Positions 9,031 through 22,210 of a DNA stretch of 64,000 bases are shown here, piece by piece. Each line of letters opens with the position of its first letter. The first letter of the stretch is position 1. Location of the stretch: NCBI RefSeq assembly GCF_964204645.1, contig NC_134035.1, positions 2,604,001 to 2,668,000 of the forward strand, written 5' to 3'. The DNA is from Tubulanus polymorphus (lineage: Eukaryota > Animalia > Nemertea). Under the pieces are notes generated by a model. The model saw nothing but the letters and a program-made list of their open reading frames with translations. It was not told where the DNA came from and did not search any database. The position numbers were made by a program, and so were the translations under genes.

Positions 9031-12000
9031 TAATAATAATATATTTCTTATATGATACAGACACTGCACCGAAAAAGGGCAAGTATCTACTTAGAGCAAG
9101 TGTCTGGAAAATAATGAACTATCAGCGCATCTTAATGTAATTTTCAGTTACCGGTATTTGAGTGAAATTAAAGACAATATAAGTTAAGACTGAGGACGGC
9201 TGACTGCTGCTCTACTTTTAACTAGCGGAAAAATTGCCCTGAATAAAACTGTTTGGAAGATGGCAATGTGAGCGCATGCGATCGGTAAAAGTGACCTTAA
9301 ATCTTAAGGCTGGTCTTAAGTTGTTGGATTGGCTAAAATGATCTTAGACTAGTCCGGAGTCAAAGCCATGGAACCCGTCCCTAGAAGTTTACGACAAGGA
9401 TTCTTCGTCGATTTACCTTTCAGCATTCCGGTTTGTTCTTCTATCGACAGATCTTTGAATCCGGGCAATCCTTTACAGAACTGCACGAACTTCTCGATCC
9501 ACTTTACTAATTCCTGCTGCCAGCCGAACACGAGCATGCGTCTGCAGTCGATGTCGATTCCGGTCTCTTCGAAGAAATCGTTGTACTCTTCTTTTGTCAG
9601 TTGGTTCATCGGACCGAACACTTTCGTTCTCGCCGCTTCCATTTCCTGAAAGAGGAATTTACGTTTTTCAGCAAAACGACGAATCAACGATCGCTAGATT
9701 TTTCCAATTCGAAACAACTTTTCCATTTTTTCCCCTGAAAGCCTGGATAGTGTTTTTGGTTGTAACATGGTGGCCACTATTATTGACTTGCTTCTCCCCC
9801 GACTATTCCCTGACATGCGCATTGTTTTCCCTGACTAGATCTGCTAGGAATCTTATCAATTTACACGGTCAAATATGCAAGATATAGACGAAACCTGTTT
9901 TACGCGCAATCTAGCAATCTCAACAAATTTCCTCGACTTCTAGCTTTTTTTCGGAAATTCCCCGATGATTTTTAAAGAAAAGAAAGTCCCTGACTTGTTC
10001 CCTGATTTCCAGCTAAGTGGCCACGCCGTTGTAACGATAGAAGTGCCTAAAACTAGGAGTCCCAATTTTATGTTTAAATCAGTTAAATTTGAATTGTTGT
10101 CCTCATTGAAAACATGAAGTAACCAATAGCAATTGCAGCAAAAAGTTTAGAAAAACTTTTTCGTGAAACTGGGTCCTGGACTTGCGGCGCTTGGACGCGC
10201 GGAGGTTATCCCGAATTCGAACGTCTTCAAACAAAACGCTACACTTACGAGAAATTCTTGTTGACTTTTCTGCGCTATGAACTCGAAGTCGGGCGGGTGT
10301 CGGTTGATCAGATGGTCTAATTCGATCACCTGGTTGATTATGCTCTGGATTTCGGACACTTTGTTCTCGAGTATCGTCGACGCGACCTTCGCTTTGCGCA
10401 GTTCTTTCATTTCGACGATGTCTTTCGTTTTCTTCGCGTGCGTATATCGTCCAGTTTTTATAGCTGCAAGAGATATTCGAAATAAAACCCGAATGAAAAT
10501 TTTGATGAATTTGATTTAAACGCATTTTGAAAATTTGATCTCAATGCATTATATAACGGGCATGACACCATATTGCATTCATACCGCGGTGCGGTGTATC
10601 GACAGTTACTTATATTCTACTATGTTGCACAGGTGCTGCCATCTTTCAAAAGATTACAACTCATTGATTGTTACATAATTACACCCCAATGCGATGTATT
10701 AGAAAAGTGAATAGCACTGATTCATACACCACCATGCGATGTAGAGACACTGTTCAATAATGATAATGATAATAATAATGAAAATGAATAGATAGACATT
10801 TAGGACTGCAGAAAAGAAATAAAGCAGGAATGAAAACTATGATGAATTTGATTCAAATGAATTTTTGAAAATTCGATCTCAATGCATTGTATAAAGGGCA
10901 TATATTGCATCTACACTATATTGCATCTACAGCATGGTGCGGTGTATCGACAGTTACTAATATCATACTATGCCATCTTTCAATAGTTACACAGATACAC
11001 CCAAATGCGATGTATTAGCAAAGTTAATAGCACCAATTCATACACCGCACTGCAAAGTACTATCTTGACAAGATACATGCATCCCAAACCTTAGACGTAC
11101 CTTTTTTTGACATGCCGACTTCGAGACATTTTTGGTATCGACAGGCCGGGCACGCGCTGCGCTGGCCCGTTTTGATCTGGCACATCCTTTCGCACTGGTG
11201 CGACGAACTTTTGCTGAAGATGTCGTCCTTTTTTCGTTGCAAACACCGTCGGAAGAATCCTTTGCACGCCTCGCACGTGTTGACGCCGTAGTGTAGGCCG
11301 GACGCGAGGGCGCCACACACGCGACACGGTGGTAACAACGGCAGCTGATCGTTACTAACACTTGAACCGGACGGTGAATTCGAAGAGACGTCTGAACAGC
11401 TGTTGAAGCTGTTTGGGCTGCATGGCGACGATGGATCTTTCTGTAAATAATAAATATTCAATATTTAGCTGATATTGTATTGCGTGTAAAATATTGGGTA
11501 TAGACAGCCGATTGTCTGAGGGCTGGGTACAGACAGTAGACTGTCCGAGAGGGTTGGGTCGACTGTCCGAGAGGGTGTAGGGTACAAAGATGCAATAACC
11601 GCACAGGAATTTTGTCAAAGAGTCGTTCTAAATGCTCAGAAATTTTGCAAACTGTCTGAGGGGAGAGTAACGATAGCAGATTGTCCGAAAGAGTACAGAC
11701 AATCTGCTATCTTTTGTCTAAGGGGAGCAGAGTACAGGCATCAGATTGCCTAAAGGTTGATAGTACTGGATTGACAATTAGTGCATCAACCCACTGAAAT
11801 TGTGAATACCACTTTATAGATATGTTTTATAGATAGAAAAAACCAGAAAATATTACTTTATTCATGTCAATTTTCAGGCTTTGTTCAACGACTGAGTGTC
11901 ATGCGCCGATTTGGTTCAAGCGATCAAAGCACGTGGGTGGATATCCATTCAACCGTTAAACCGGTCGATAGAAAAACACTGATCATTGAACGACTCGACA

Positions 12001-15000
12001 TCATTAGTAGAGCGACCTCGCCCTGGTTTATGAAAAAGTGCTTTACTAATTCGAAGTTCATCTATTCAACAGGATCCAGGTTCCGACCAAAGACCGGCGT
12101 CGTCCCCGGGTACTGGTGGCTGCTATCGATTTATGATACTATTGATACTATAAGGGAATGCGCATAGCAAAAAACATCTCTGGTTAAGAGTTACCCGATG
12201 AATGTGACCAAAAGTACATCATCTTTATGTATTTTTGATGTACTAACAATTCGAACTGCATGCGCCGGTAGATACCGTGGTTATTCATCCGATCGTTTTC
12301 TGTAACCGCGTGCAACCAGTCCCGCGCCCAAAAATTTCAAAAACCAACTAGTACCCGGTTTATAGACGCACACTAGACATCTGCGCTAGACGCACTTAAA
12401 AGTGATTGAAATAAGCAACCATTTTGACTCCACGTGTCAAATCTAACTCGGAATACCTTCAGTTAGGCTAAATGAAAATAGGCTGAAACGGGTCCTAGAT
12501 CTTTAGGCAGTAATTGTTTTACCATCGCGCGCGTCGTCAGTCGATACCAGTTGGCACGTTTTAAAAAGATTTCATATCTTAAACGAAAACTAGTTTCAAC
12601 AAAATGCTCGACTTATAGCCGGCTGTTAGCACATGATATCCAGCGGAAAGCTGATCTATAGTGAAAGCATTCACGGGGTGCATTTAACGCATTCAATACA
12701 CGTCGAACTAAGAATTCATAAAACCACCGGTAATGAATGCCAATATTCGACGATAATTGGACTGTAAATTCAACCTTGAGCGTTAAAAAAATGTTTTACG
12801 TAATGTGTAATGTTATATAATATCGCAATTGCGTTTATGATTGTGATAGAAAAAGTCAATGACGGGCTTTCTTTTGAAATGTCTAGAGGGCCAAATTTCA
12901 TGAAACCTTTTCAATCCTTGCCGAGGTTTTGCCCGGAGGAACTCGGTCCAGATCTGTCAGTCGATTTTGATTAAGCTTAAAGCCTAGCGCACATCGACAC
13001 TGCGATTGGAGACAACTAGTTGCTACCGAACGATAACCCCGCGCACATCGAAATCTAGTTACAACCGGTCAGGTGCAGCAACTGCATGGCGCGTGTCGAT
13101 CGTCGAGATCCGGAGCGCGCACATCGACGGATATGACTGCGATTGAGTACAACCAGTTGCTCAAAAGTAGAACATGGGCAACTGGCTGGAACTGGAGATA
13201 CATCGACGCTTACCAATCGTAAGCTCGCTCACATCGACACATTCGAGCAACTGATCGTATCCAGCCAGTTCCTCTCATGCGCCAAAAACTGCCTTGCAAC
13301 TAGTTGTCTCCAATCGCAGTGTCGATGTGCGCTAGGCTTAAGATTTCGATATATCTAATCGACCGACTCCGATGACTGAAGTTCGCTCGAGGCTAATTCT
13401 ACCTGAGTTTCACCTATTTCTTGGGCCTGTGGCGACATTACATTTCTTTAATCATGTCATACGCACGTTGAACTCGGGTGAATCAACCTCGATCGCACCC
13501 GACCGACTCATTCACATTTCACGTTTTATATAACGCGTTCTATTCCCATAGTTTAGTTTAATTGTATCGGTGGAAATAAGTTTTTGTGATCGTATCAACG
13601 AAACCGCAACAATTGTAACCAAAACATTCGCTGTACACAAACCGCTCGTGTTGCTATCAGCTGATTTCTTTTTTCATATTAAGATCAATGGCGTTAATCC
13701 AGGCGTGCTAGCTAACCGGGTTAGAACGTCCTTCAAATGACCGCTAACCAACGGAAATATTCTCTCAATGACCGTCTGACCATTGGAGATCGGAGATATA
13801 CTTGTTGGTTTAATGTTGTTCGGATCTCGGTTTCTGGAACCCTATAACCTTATCGGTATATGACAGAATGGCCTATGCCTGCCCGTACACTGTTAGCAAA
13901 ATGGCCCTCTGGGACTACATGAAGTACCACTATTGCAATTACACCCCCCTTCCCCCACCTCCCCCCCCGATCAATATCCAGATTTTATGAGAGCCACAGG
14001 GGGCATTGTTTCTGATAGATATATAAAAGTTTTTTCTAAACACGATGGCTAACTCAATAGTCAATTGAGTTAGCATCAGTCCATAATCAGGGTGGCCACT
14101 TTCCGTCCCTTTACAAATCCCCTGATTTATTTTCCATGCAATTTTACAAAATTCCCTGAGTGAATCAGAGAAATTTCTAGGTTTAAAGAAACACGTGGTC
14201 AATAACATCATCTGAATTCCCTGAGCTTTCCAGGTTTTTGGTAAAATTTGTCAAATTCCAAAAGTTTGCCCGAATTTTAAAAGATTTTTCTAATCTGGCT
14301 TTTCTGAGCTTTCTAGTTTTTCCAGGTCACCAGATATACCAGCCTATAAATGTAGGCAGCGCCTTCAAGACCAGCCCCTACAAATGGCGAAAATCATGTT
14401 TCAAAGAGAAAATGTCCTTTCCTAAAGCACGTGTACTTGAGTCAATTGTTTGACATTGAATGACATTCAGAACGGACGCACGTGTTCTAAGCCGGTTTAT
14501 TTTCTCTCTGGGAAAAACTGCGCGAGTTTGAATAAATCGAGCGCGACCGGATTGAACTATTCACTCAACTATTGAACAGTTTAAAACGCAGCCATTTTTA
14601 AGAATTAATCAGACTCTATAGATTAGTGAAATAAATTGCCCACGGGCAAAGTGGTTTAGTTTGAAAACAGGAGCTTGTTAGCATGATTCCTCTTAACCCT
14701 TTCAGTGCTGACTAATTAATACACTATAGTGCTGGAGAAAATTTGAAAATTCTCAAAAATTCCACCCTAGTGTGTTGAACAATGGGAATACCACTATAGT
14801 GCGTCTACACCGCAGTGCGGTGTATCGTTAGTTACTAGTATTTCACTATGTTTGACACTTGCTGCCATTTTTCAATAGAGATAATTACAAATTACTAATT
14901 ACATCAATACACCACAGTGCGGTGTACTAGCAAAATCCATCACTGTTTTATACACCGCACTGCGGTGTAGACGCACTGAAAGGGTTAAGAGGTTTAAGTC

Positions 15001-18000
15001 TACAGTGCTAATTAGGGTTTTCTGTTACTTCACAGATAACCCTATTGAGATTCACGTGTTTCTTATTATTATTATTTTATGTCACACTATTTTCACTAAA
15101 ATAACATAGGCTTTGTTGCCTTGCCGCTGTTGTTGATAAAATCCGTATGATATCCTTCAGCTCACTTCGATCTACAAATACTACAAATACGCCGTGCGTA
15201 TTTTGATAAATCAACATAACAAAAGCACAGTCGGGCCGCCGTAAACATCGAAAATTGGGTCCCATTCAATGAGGCGACATGTTTTTCTGAGTCGTCATCC
15301 CGAAATCCACAGGAGGTTGCCAGTCACTTCGATTATCGATTCAAGTGTAAATAAACAAATTCATTGCCGCAGGACTTCACATTCAGCCGCGGGTTTTCAA
15401 ACAGTAATTCATAACCATTACCCATTTTCCTCATCAAATCATATTTCCGATACACAGGAAATTTCCTGCTCTAGATTTTAAAAGCACTGTCGAGCCGTAA
15501 ACATCGAAGAATCGACGTGTGTCACCACATCGTCGTTCCGAGGATCAGCTGCGAGTTTCTCCTCATCATGAGAATCAAATCGAGTACAAATTAATTCATT
15601 ACTACCATTGATTTTGCTGCGGGTTTTAAGCAGTTAGTTTAATAATACCTATTTTTCTTTACTAAATTAACCGTGTATTTACTAAGATAAATCTTTAGTG
15701 TACCGGGGAGTCGTAGGCCTAAACTAAACATATAAGAGATGTAGCGGAGAAAAGCTGTTTTGTCAACGAGGCATCAAAATAAAAGATTATATTACTTTAT
15801 TCGGCCGCGGGCTTCAACCATTTATCAATACTCTATATTTCCTACAGTACATACCGATCATTGTCAAAGGTATTTACTAAATACAAGTATATAACACACT
15901 CAGATCCGTATGCTGGACTCACACTTGACATTCGGAGTAATGTCATTTATCAGGACATTAAAGAGAAGACTACTAAGGATACTACCTTGCATGACTACAC
16001 TTAAGTTAGACTGACTTTTTCCAAGATGAGGCGTTCCGTTGATTTCGGCCACATGTTTTCGTTCAGAGATAACTGCTGAGCCATTTGAGTGACTTATCAT
16101 TAATACTGTTTTCTAATAGCCTTGTTTAGTAATGGCTGATGTTGTAACTTATCAAATGCTTTGTCGAAATCATTAAGAGTAATAATAGCCTAACAGTAAA
16201 TTTTCCAGAGTCAAATAGTCAAATTTCCAGAGTCAAATAGGACCATCCGGTCCAGTTGTCCATGGTTTAAGTAGGTCTAATTGACTGTTTGTCGACCTTC
16301 CTCTTATAAAACTGTGTTAACCATTGAGCAGGATTCTAAGACTGTGCAGAAAACCCGTTATCGCTGCTTTGCAGCTATATTTTACGTTGCATTTTATCTT
16401 TTTCACAATTTCGTTGTCTAGATTTGAACTAATCACATAGAACAGTTCACAACACAGCGATTTAACAGATTCTCAACATATCATTCTCCATAGAATAGTG
16501 AAAAACCACTCATTTCATACACCGGCCAGTAGCATGAGGGGGTTGGGAGTTGGAGGCTGTTGCAAATATTCAGAACATCCGTTCAGTTCCGACTGAATTA
16601 AAAACAAACCCATACTTAAATATTTCTCATGCTGAAGGCCTAGTTATATTGATAAAATATTTTCTAAATTAATCAAAATCAGAGATGTAGATATTTCGAA
16701 CTCTCATCATCGTCGGGTGTCCATCTTTTTTTTTAGACCCGTCCTTCCCTGAAGTACATACGCAGTTCATTAACCAACTAAATCTGAAGGGCGAATAGAG
16801 GTCGAAATGAGTTGAACCCGAAACAGACGACAACCAACAACACATAACACAGCGGTTTAAATTTACGATCGGAAACACAATGAACGAGTAACAGTCTATA
16901 ATTCTGAATACCTCTATTTCATTGACGAACAATCAACGCGGATTCCCAGGTATTTATTTGACCGAACCGGCGGAATGTCTTCCTCATTCGCGTCTGAAAC
17001 CTTGGGAAAATTCGCGAAACTCGTTTTTGAGAGAAATTTTGCTGCAGTCCCCTTGTAACCTATCAAGGGAGGGGCAGCTGAAAATGTAATTTCTCTCAAA
17101 TAGACTTAATCCCAAACCAATGAAGCTCATATCGGAATTGTACATAAAAACTGCCAACGCTGATAATAGTAAAGAACCCGATTATTTTCAAATGGTTGCA
17201 CAGGCTGAGCTACATAGTCTGATTCAGGGAGGGCTGCAACCCCAAATATAGGGCATATCATACAATCAAAATTATAATTAAAATTCGCTAGTTACTATGT
17301 CATTTATCAACTTTATCTTAACCAACTTTTGAGCAACTGCCGCCCCAATATACAATGCCATTCGTCACCGGCCAGAACAAGACCCATGAATTCAAATTCC
17401 CTTATTTTCAATAAAAGAGTCAGAATTCTCTGATTTTCTTTGCAGCACGGGAAAAAATAAATCAGGGAATTCCATGATTTTCCCATTTAGAACCCCTCGA
17501 GTCAAACGACTTACTTTCATCGCGGTTGTCGAGTCAAAATCAACGAACGACCAATCGAAATAACGCGGACATTCAACTGTCTGATGCCACGCTTCGAAAC
17601 TGTCATATCTCGACGATAGTTCACCGACGGCCTCCTCGAATCCGAAGCCGCCCTCGACGAGCGAACAACTCGCCGCCGCTCCGGTTTCCGGCCCCGAGTT
17701 TGACGCCGCTGAAAATACGGGCAAACCGACCGACGGGGTCGGCGTCTGCCACACGTTGAAATCATCGACGATGTCGGAAAGTTCGGTGAGCTGTTGAAAA
17801 ACGTCCGGTAGATCTTGATCGTTCCGATCGGTCTGACTGGAATACGATAAAATCAACGCTTCGATTTCGTCTTTTAAATCAGCGTCGTGCACCTCGACGA
17901 CGTAGTCATCATCCATACACTCGTAGCTGGACGCCGGCGAGTGATATCCGCTATCCGTACCTCGATTAAACGCCGACGACGACGAGCAAGATTTCGTCGC

Positions 18001-18084
18001 GTTAAACCGACGACTACGAGTGACGAGTTCGATGGTCTCATCGTCCAAGTCGTCCAGCTCGTTGACGTCATCGCAAATTTCCAT
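8109..18084 (-). CDS. Nuclear hormone receptor, subfamily NR1 (E75/E78/ROR-related, probably a lophotrochozoan-expanded NR1 group); 6 coding exons: 18084-17515, 11440-11101, 10463-10249, 9645-9417, 8982-8758, 8350-8109; 606 aa
   Basis: C4 zinc-finger DBD CRVCGALASGLHYGVNTCEACKGFFRR...CPACRYQKCLEVGM; T-box SKKAIKTGRYT; LBD signature FVQFCKGLPGFKDLSIEEQTGMLKAGRFE; AF-2 PLWCEVF. All junctions are GT-AG with matching phases (0,1,0,1,1) and sum to 1821 nt. ATG at 18084 has Kozak context AACATGG. The link from exon 1 across a 6-kb intron is the least certain part. Confidence 0.92.
8991..9040. repeat. (TAA)n microsatellite in nuclear receptor intron 4
   Basis: Direct reading. Confidence 0.97.
10488..11058. 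repeat. Diverged tandem duplication (~270-bp units) containing pieces of the piggyBac-type MITE family seen at 14697
   Basis: GATGAATTTGATT...GATCTCAATGCATT...GGTGCGGTGTATCGACAGTTACT...ATTCATACAC occurs twice. Confidence 0.75.
12981..13338. mobile_element. PIF/Harbinger-type MITE (358 bp)
   Basis: Perfect 43-bp TIR AGCCTAGCGCACATCGACACTGCGATTGGAGACAACTAGTTGC, TAA TSD, internal CACATCGA sub-repeats. Confidence 0.9.
14697..14984. mobile_element. piggyBac-type MITE (288 bp)
   Basis: TTAA-CCCTTTCAGTGC ... GCACTGAAAGGG-TTAA. Confidence 0.9.
15870..16370 (-). mobile_element. Degenerate CR1/L2-type LINE reverse transcriptase fragment
   Basis: HSFIRGRSTNSQL, DFDKAFDKLQH and VMQGSILSSLLFNVLINDI motifs, broken by stops and frameshifts. 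Confidence 0.8.
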
Positions 18085-18189
18085 GTTCGACACAAATAAA
18101 AAACAATAATAAAGTTTTCGAAAACACTAACACTTCCGTCGATCAATAGGCGTGGGTGGTTTATGATTTAATGTTCGAGCCAGCGAGCG

Positions 18190-18250
18190 TTACGGTGGTC
18201 TTAGGGTTTGATTATAGTACGTCGACGCTACGCGCGGCCAATGAACGCTC
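18190..18250 (-). promoter_or_regulatory. Putative core promoter of the nuclear receptor
   Basis: CCAAT box at ~18238 and minus-strand TATAAT at ~18211-18216, 130-160 bp upstream of the ATG. Confidence 0.35.
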
Positions 18251-21200
18251 ACCGATCGATCGGTTCGTCCTCGCGGGACAAAACACAACACCTGAATGAC
18301 GCGATCTATTTTTAGCCGATGCCGTAATCGCGCGAATTCAATGTTTTGCTATGATATATGGGATTGTTTTCGATCATAAATACATAAAGACGACTTTACT
18401 TTTGTTGTAAAATAGTCTCCGCAGTTTTGCACGTATTATTATACGTTATAAACAAAACGACCGCAAATCGTTTTATATTTTGACTTTCCATTTTTTTTCT
18501 CGATCACCAGTTTATTACGAACTTCCGCATTATCATTATTTCACTGTTTCAAACGAGTTTTAATTGCGATCGAAACCGATAAATCGACACCCATCTCACC
18601 AGCATTCGTATGATACTTATTTTCAAACGAAACTCGGAACAGCTTATCTTTTTACTGATCTAACCGCCGAAATTTAAATTCGAATTTTTGATCTCGCGCG
18701 GTGGAATATATTTCGATGAAATGGTGCCGCAGCCGCCGCGCGAAAAAAAAAAAAGTCGCAAGCCGGCACTCGCTCCTGGAAGTTTAACAGTGATGGAAAT
18801 ATTTTTCGAAATTTTTTTCCCACAACAGAAAAGGTGTCAACACCATATCCAACGTCCATTGCGCTTTAGGTTCAGTGATTGATAAAATTCATTTTTTTTT
18901 CAATTGATAAAACATTCTTTCCAACTCGTTTTTCATAAGTTCGTCGACCGATTAATGTTTGTTTCTAGCGATTGCGAAACCGCATCGTAAAATAGATTCA
19001 CCTGTTTGTAGAGAGTTTGAGTCGAAAGTTGAATGATTAAAATAAAAAACAGTTCAACGACTTATTATCGCTTATTAAATAACCTATATTCTAATAGCCA
19101 TACTGATTAGCGATGGAGTAAGGGTCTGACTCAGGGAGTCAAAAATAGGGCATATCGTATAATTAACAAAAAGGGCACCTTGAAAACTACAACATTAACT
19201 CATTTTTGAAATATATCTTATGAATTCATAATCTTTTTTTAGTTATCAGTTTAAATATTTCATTTTCCCCTAAATTGCAGGACAACTTGACATTTCTAGG
19301 AGGGGCTGCGCACCCCCTACACGCTCCCCCATGGATCCGTCCCTTACTGAGTATGCCTGATGATAATGATTATCAAAATACAGCTGAAACACTGCAGTCA
19401 AAATCAGGGGCAGATCCAGAGCCCAATTTTGAAGGACTTGTGATATCCAAAAAGGACACTTTAATGCCCAAAAAGGCAATATTAGGTGTAATTCCGCGCT
19501 GAAAAGCACCAATTATCATTGTTGGATATAAAAAGGGCACTGAAAAAAATTGATGGCCTTGTACAAGTCACATATGAACCACTGCGCATAATATTGAACA
19601 CGAACATTTTGTAATAGAATCATAATTGTGGGATTTTCTAACGTGTCTGGCATAAGAATATTTATATTCGTAACAGCAGGGGAGACAGAGTAAATAAAGG
19701 CCTAAATAAGTGACGTTTTGTATGGAAACATATTGCCTATATGCACGCACATGTTGTGCCCTGTGCGCGGAGGGACTCGAGGTCGTTTTCGCGCATGCCA
19801 AGACTTCACTTTTCTAACCCGAACCAATCCCCCCTCTCTCTTTATCTCTCTCTTTCTCGGTCAATGACGTCATTATTTTTAACAGATCCATAATCTGAAT
19901 GGCTGATAGAATATAAACGCATTATCAACAGTCAAATAAAACCACATGACCGGTTCTTCATGAACGACGCACAAAAAAAAAAAAAACGATCTACCTATAA
20001 ATAGCGCGTTGAAAACCGACTCGCCGTCCGCTTGTGTTCGCGCAAGTTTCTCCGTCAAAAGGAAATTTCATTTTTCGGCGACGACAAGGAAACAATGAAA
20101 AACGATCGCGAAATTAGCGCGCATGATGTCATACGTGTATCAGCAACGCGTAAAAACGTATAGAAATGCTCTTCGAAGGTTAAACTAGATTCGTTCAAAG
20201 TTGAAGCTTTCACAACCGGTGAATAGTAGCTTTTATCAGGTGAATGAATACGAGTAGAATCAGAGAATCTAAACGACCGTATCAAAAGGGAGCGACTCTA
20301 ATTACAGCATGTCCGCAACTCTCCTAATGATGTCATAGGGTTTTGAATTCGCTGTTAAACCTCAACAGGACAGTTTTAACCCGATTTATTCTCTTAATGA
20401 TTTATTCCCGGTGCCAGATAATGAACTACCGATGAATATCATATAAAGGTTTTTAAAATCATACATAGAACAGAAGAAGGCGATATAGCCCGACAACAAC
20501 GCACATGAGACAGGGAAACATGAAACATGAAACAATAAGATGTTTACCTGTGTCGTGAGTGTTTACGAGGGAGTCGTATCCAACCCAAGGGACGTAGGAT
20601 TTATCGAACATCTCGTGAATTTGTAAAATAAGGTTATCGCGTTCAAAACACAACCATGTTTTTTTTTTTTATTTACAATCTTACGCTTTGGTCCGACGTC
20701 TATGCGGTACTTTTCCACGCTCGTATAATAAATACAAACTAGGCTAACATCGAAAAAAAAAAAAGGTTTTTTTCTAAGAAAATAATCAACGTCGAAAAAT
20801 ATCATGAGATTTTGAGTCACGGCGCACTTGGAATAGATTTTTCTATTGAGTCGATATTTACTGATATCATCGTTATTCAACGAGTTTTAATGTTTTATCG
20901 AAACACGGCTTGTTCAACCAGGTCAGCGTTGTCAGTTTTTTGAAATGTCATCGATTCATAGGCGACGCTAAAAAAGCGTATGACATCACCGGTATAAGCT
21001 ATGACACCAATAACCAGTCTTGTAAGCGCGCTAACACGGGTGGGATGGGCAGTTTTTGAAATGCTGAAACCAGGGCCCGTTTAACCTTCTACTTATGAGG
21101 GCCCATAGTTGGGCAATTATTGAATGTCAAACCACACTGAGTCAGTTCATGATTTTTAGAAAAAGTGATTAACCTTTTTCCTGATTTGCTCCTCAGAAAA

Positions 21201-21779
21201 TTCATGCTAAAAAACTGCATTTACTATGATACAGAATCAGCTCACTTCAAATTTCATTTTTCACGTATTACAAGTTTTTGTTATTTTTAATAAATAGTCA
21301 GCGCTTGAAAAAGGAATTTCGGTAAATTTACGCTTTTAGATGGCATTTCCTGCATCAAAAATCATTATTTTCAAAAAATAAATTCTGGTATTTTCCCTTA
21401 CATTTTCTTAATGCTTTTTTTTCAACAACATTTGATCCAATAAAGGGATGTCCTTTTAATCTGCAATAGGCCTATCAGTTATTACAACAAATAATGGATC
21501 CTTGTTACAATTGAACATAATCGAACATAACTCCAATACGCTTACTCACTTATCAATCAGGGACGGGGTTGAGCTTATTTGACTAGTTGGATCGAACTTG
21601 TGCTTTCACCAAGACGCCATCTATCAATAAGCATAACCGATGAAAATTTCACTACACGCAAGTTTTACATGCACGCATGCCACCTATTTTCAAACATGAA
21701 CTATGAGTTAAGTCAAACACATGAATAGGGGTTGCCTACTAAAGTCTATCTATTTTTATCAGGGATCGATTTTCTTTGG

Positions 21780-22210
21780 ATATTTCTCTCAATCTTTTGA
21801 ACATGTAGGCTACATTAATTTGGTCTTAATACGACCAATGAAACTGTGCAGTCTGAATAAACCATTGTTTTATATCCATTTTACACCGTATTGAAGGTTT
21901 ATGATTAAAAGAGAAAAGATCAGCCACATTTGAAATTCTAACAATACATTGATGTTTGCATGCTGAAGAACCATGATTTTTGATGATTTTTAATGGTAGG
22001 CATTGAAACATACTGTTAAAATTAATTCAGTTCATAAAATGGAGTCTCTTTTCTGTGATTCAAATGAGTTAGCCTAATGAAGACTTTTTGCCAATTCTTC
22101 AAAACAGTGTATAAAATGGATTTAGAAATCATGGTTAATCTAGACTGCACAATTTCACTGGTCATATTAAGACCAATTAGAGGAATGTGTTCAAAAGATA
22201 AAAAAGAAAT
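21780..22210. repeat. Old foldback element with ~100-bp diverged inverted arms; related copy at ~36880-36990
   Basis: TTGGTCTTAATACGACCAATGAAACTGTGCAGTCT versus AGACTGCACAATTTCACTGGTCATATTAAGACCAA. Confidence 0.65.

Noticed and set aside
17392-18093. Stand-alone 233-aa gene starting at GTG 18093
   Set aside because: Better explained as receptor exon 1: ATG at 18084 and a strong AAA|gtaagt donor at 17515 in phase with the DBD exon.
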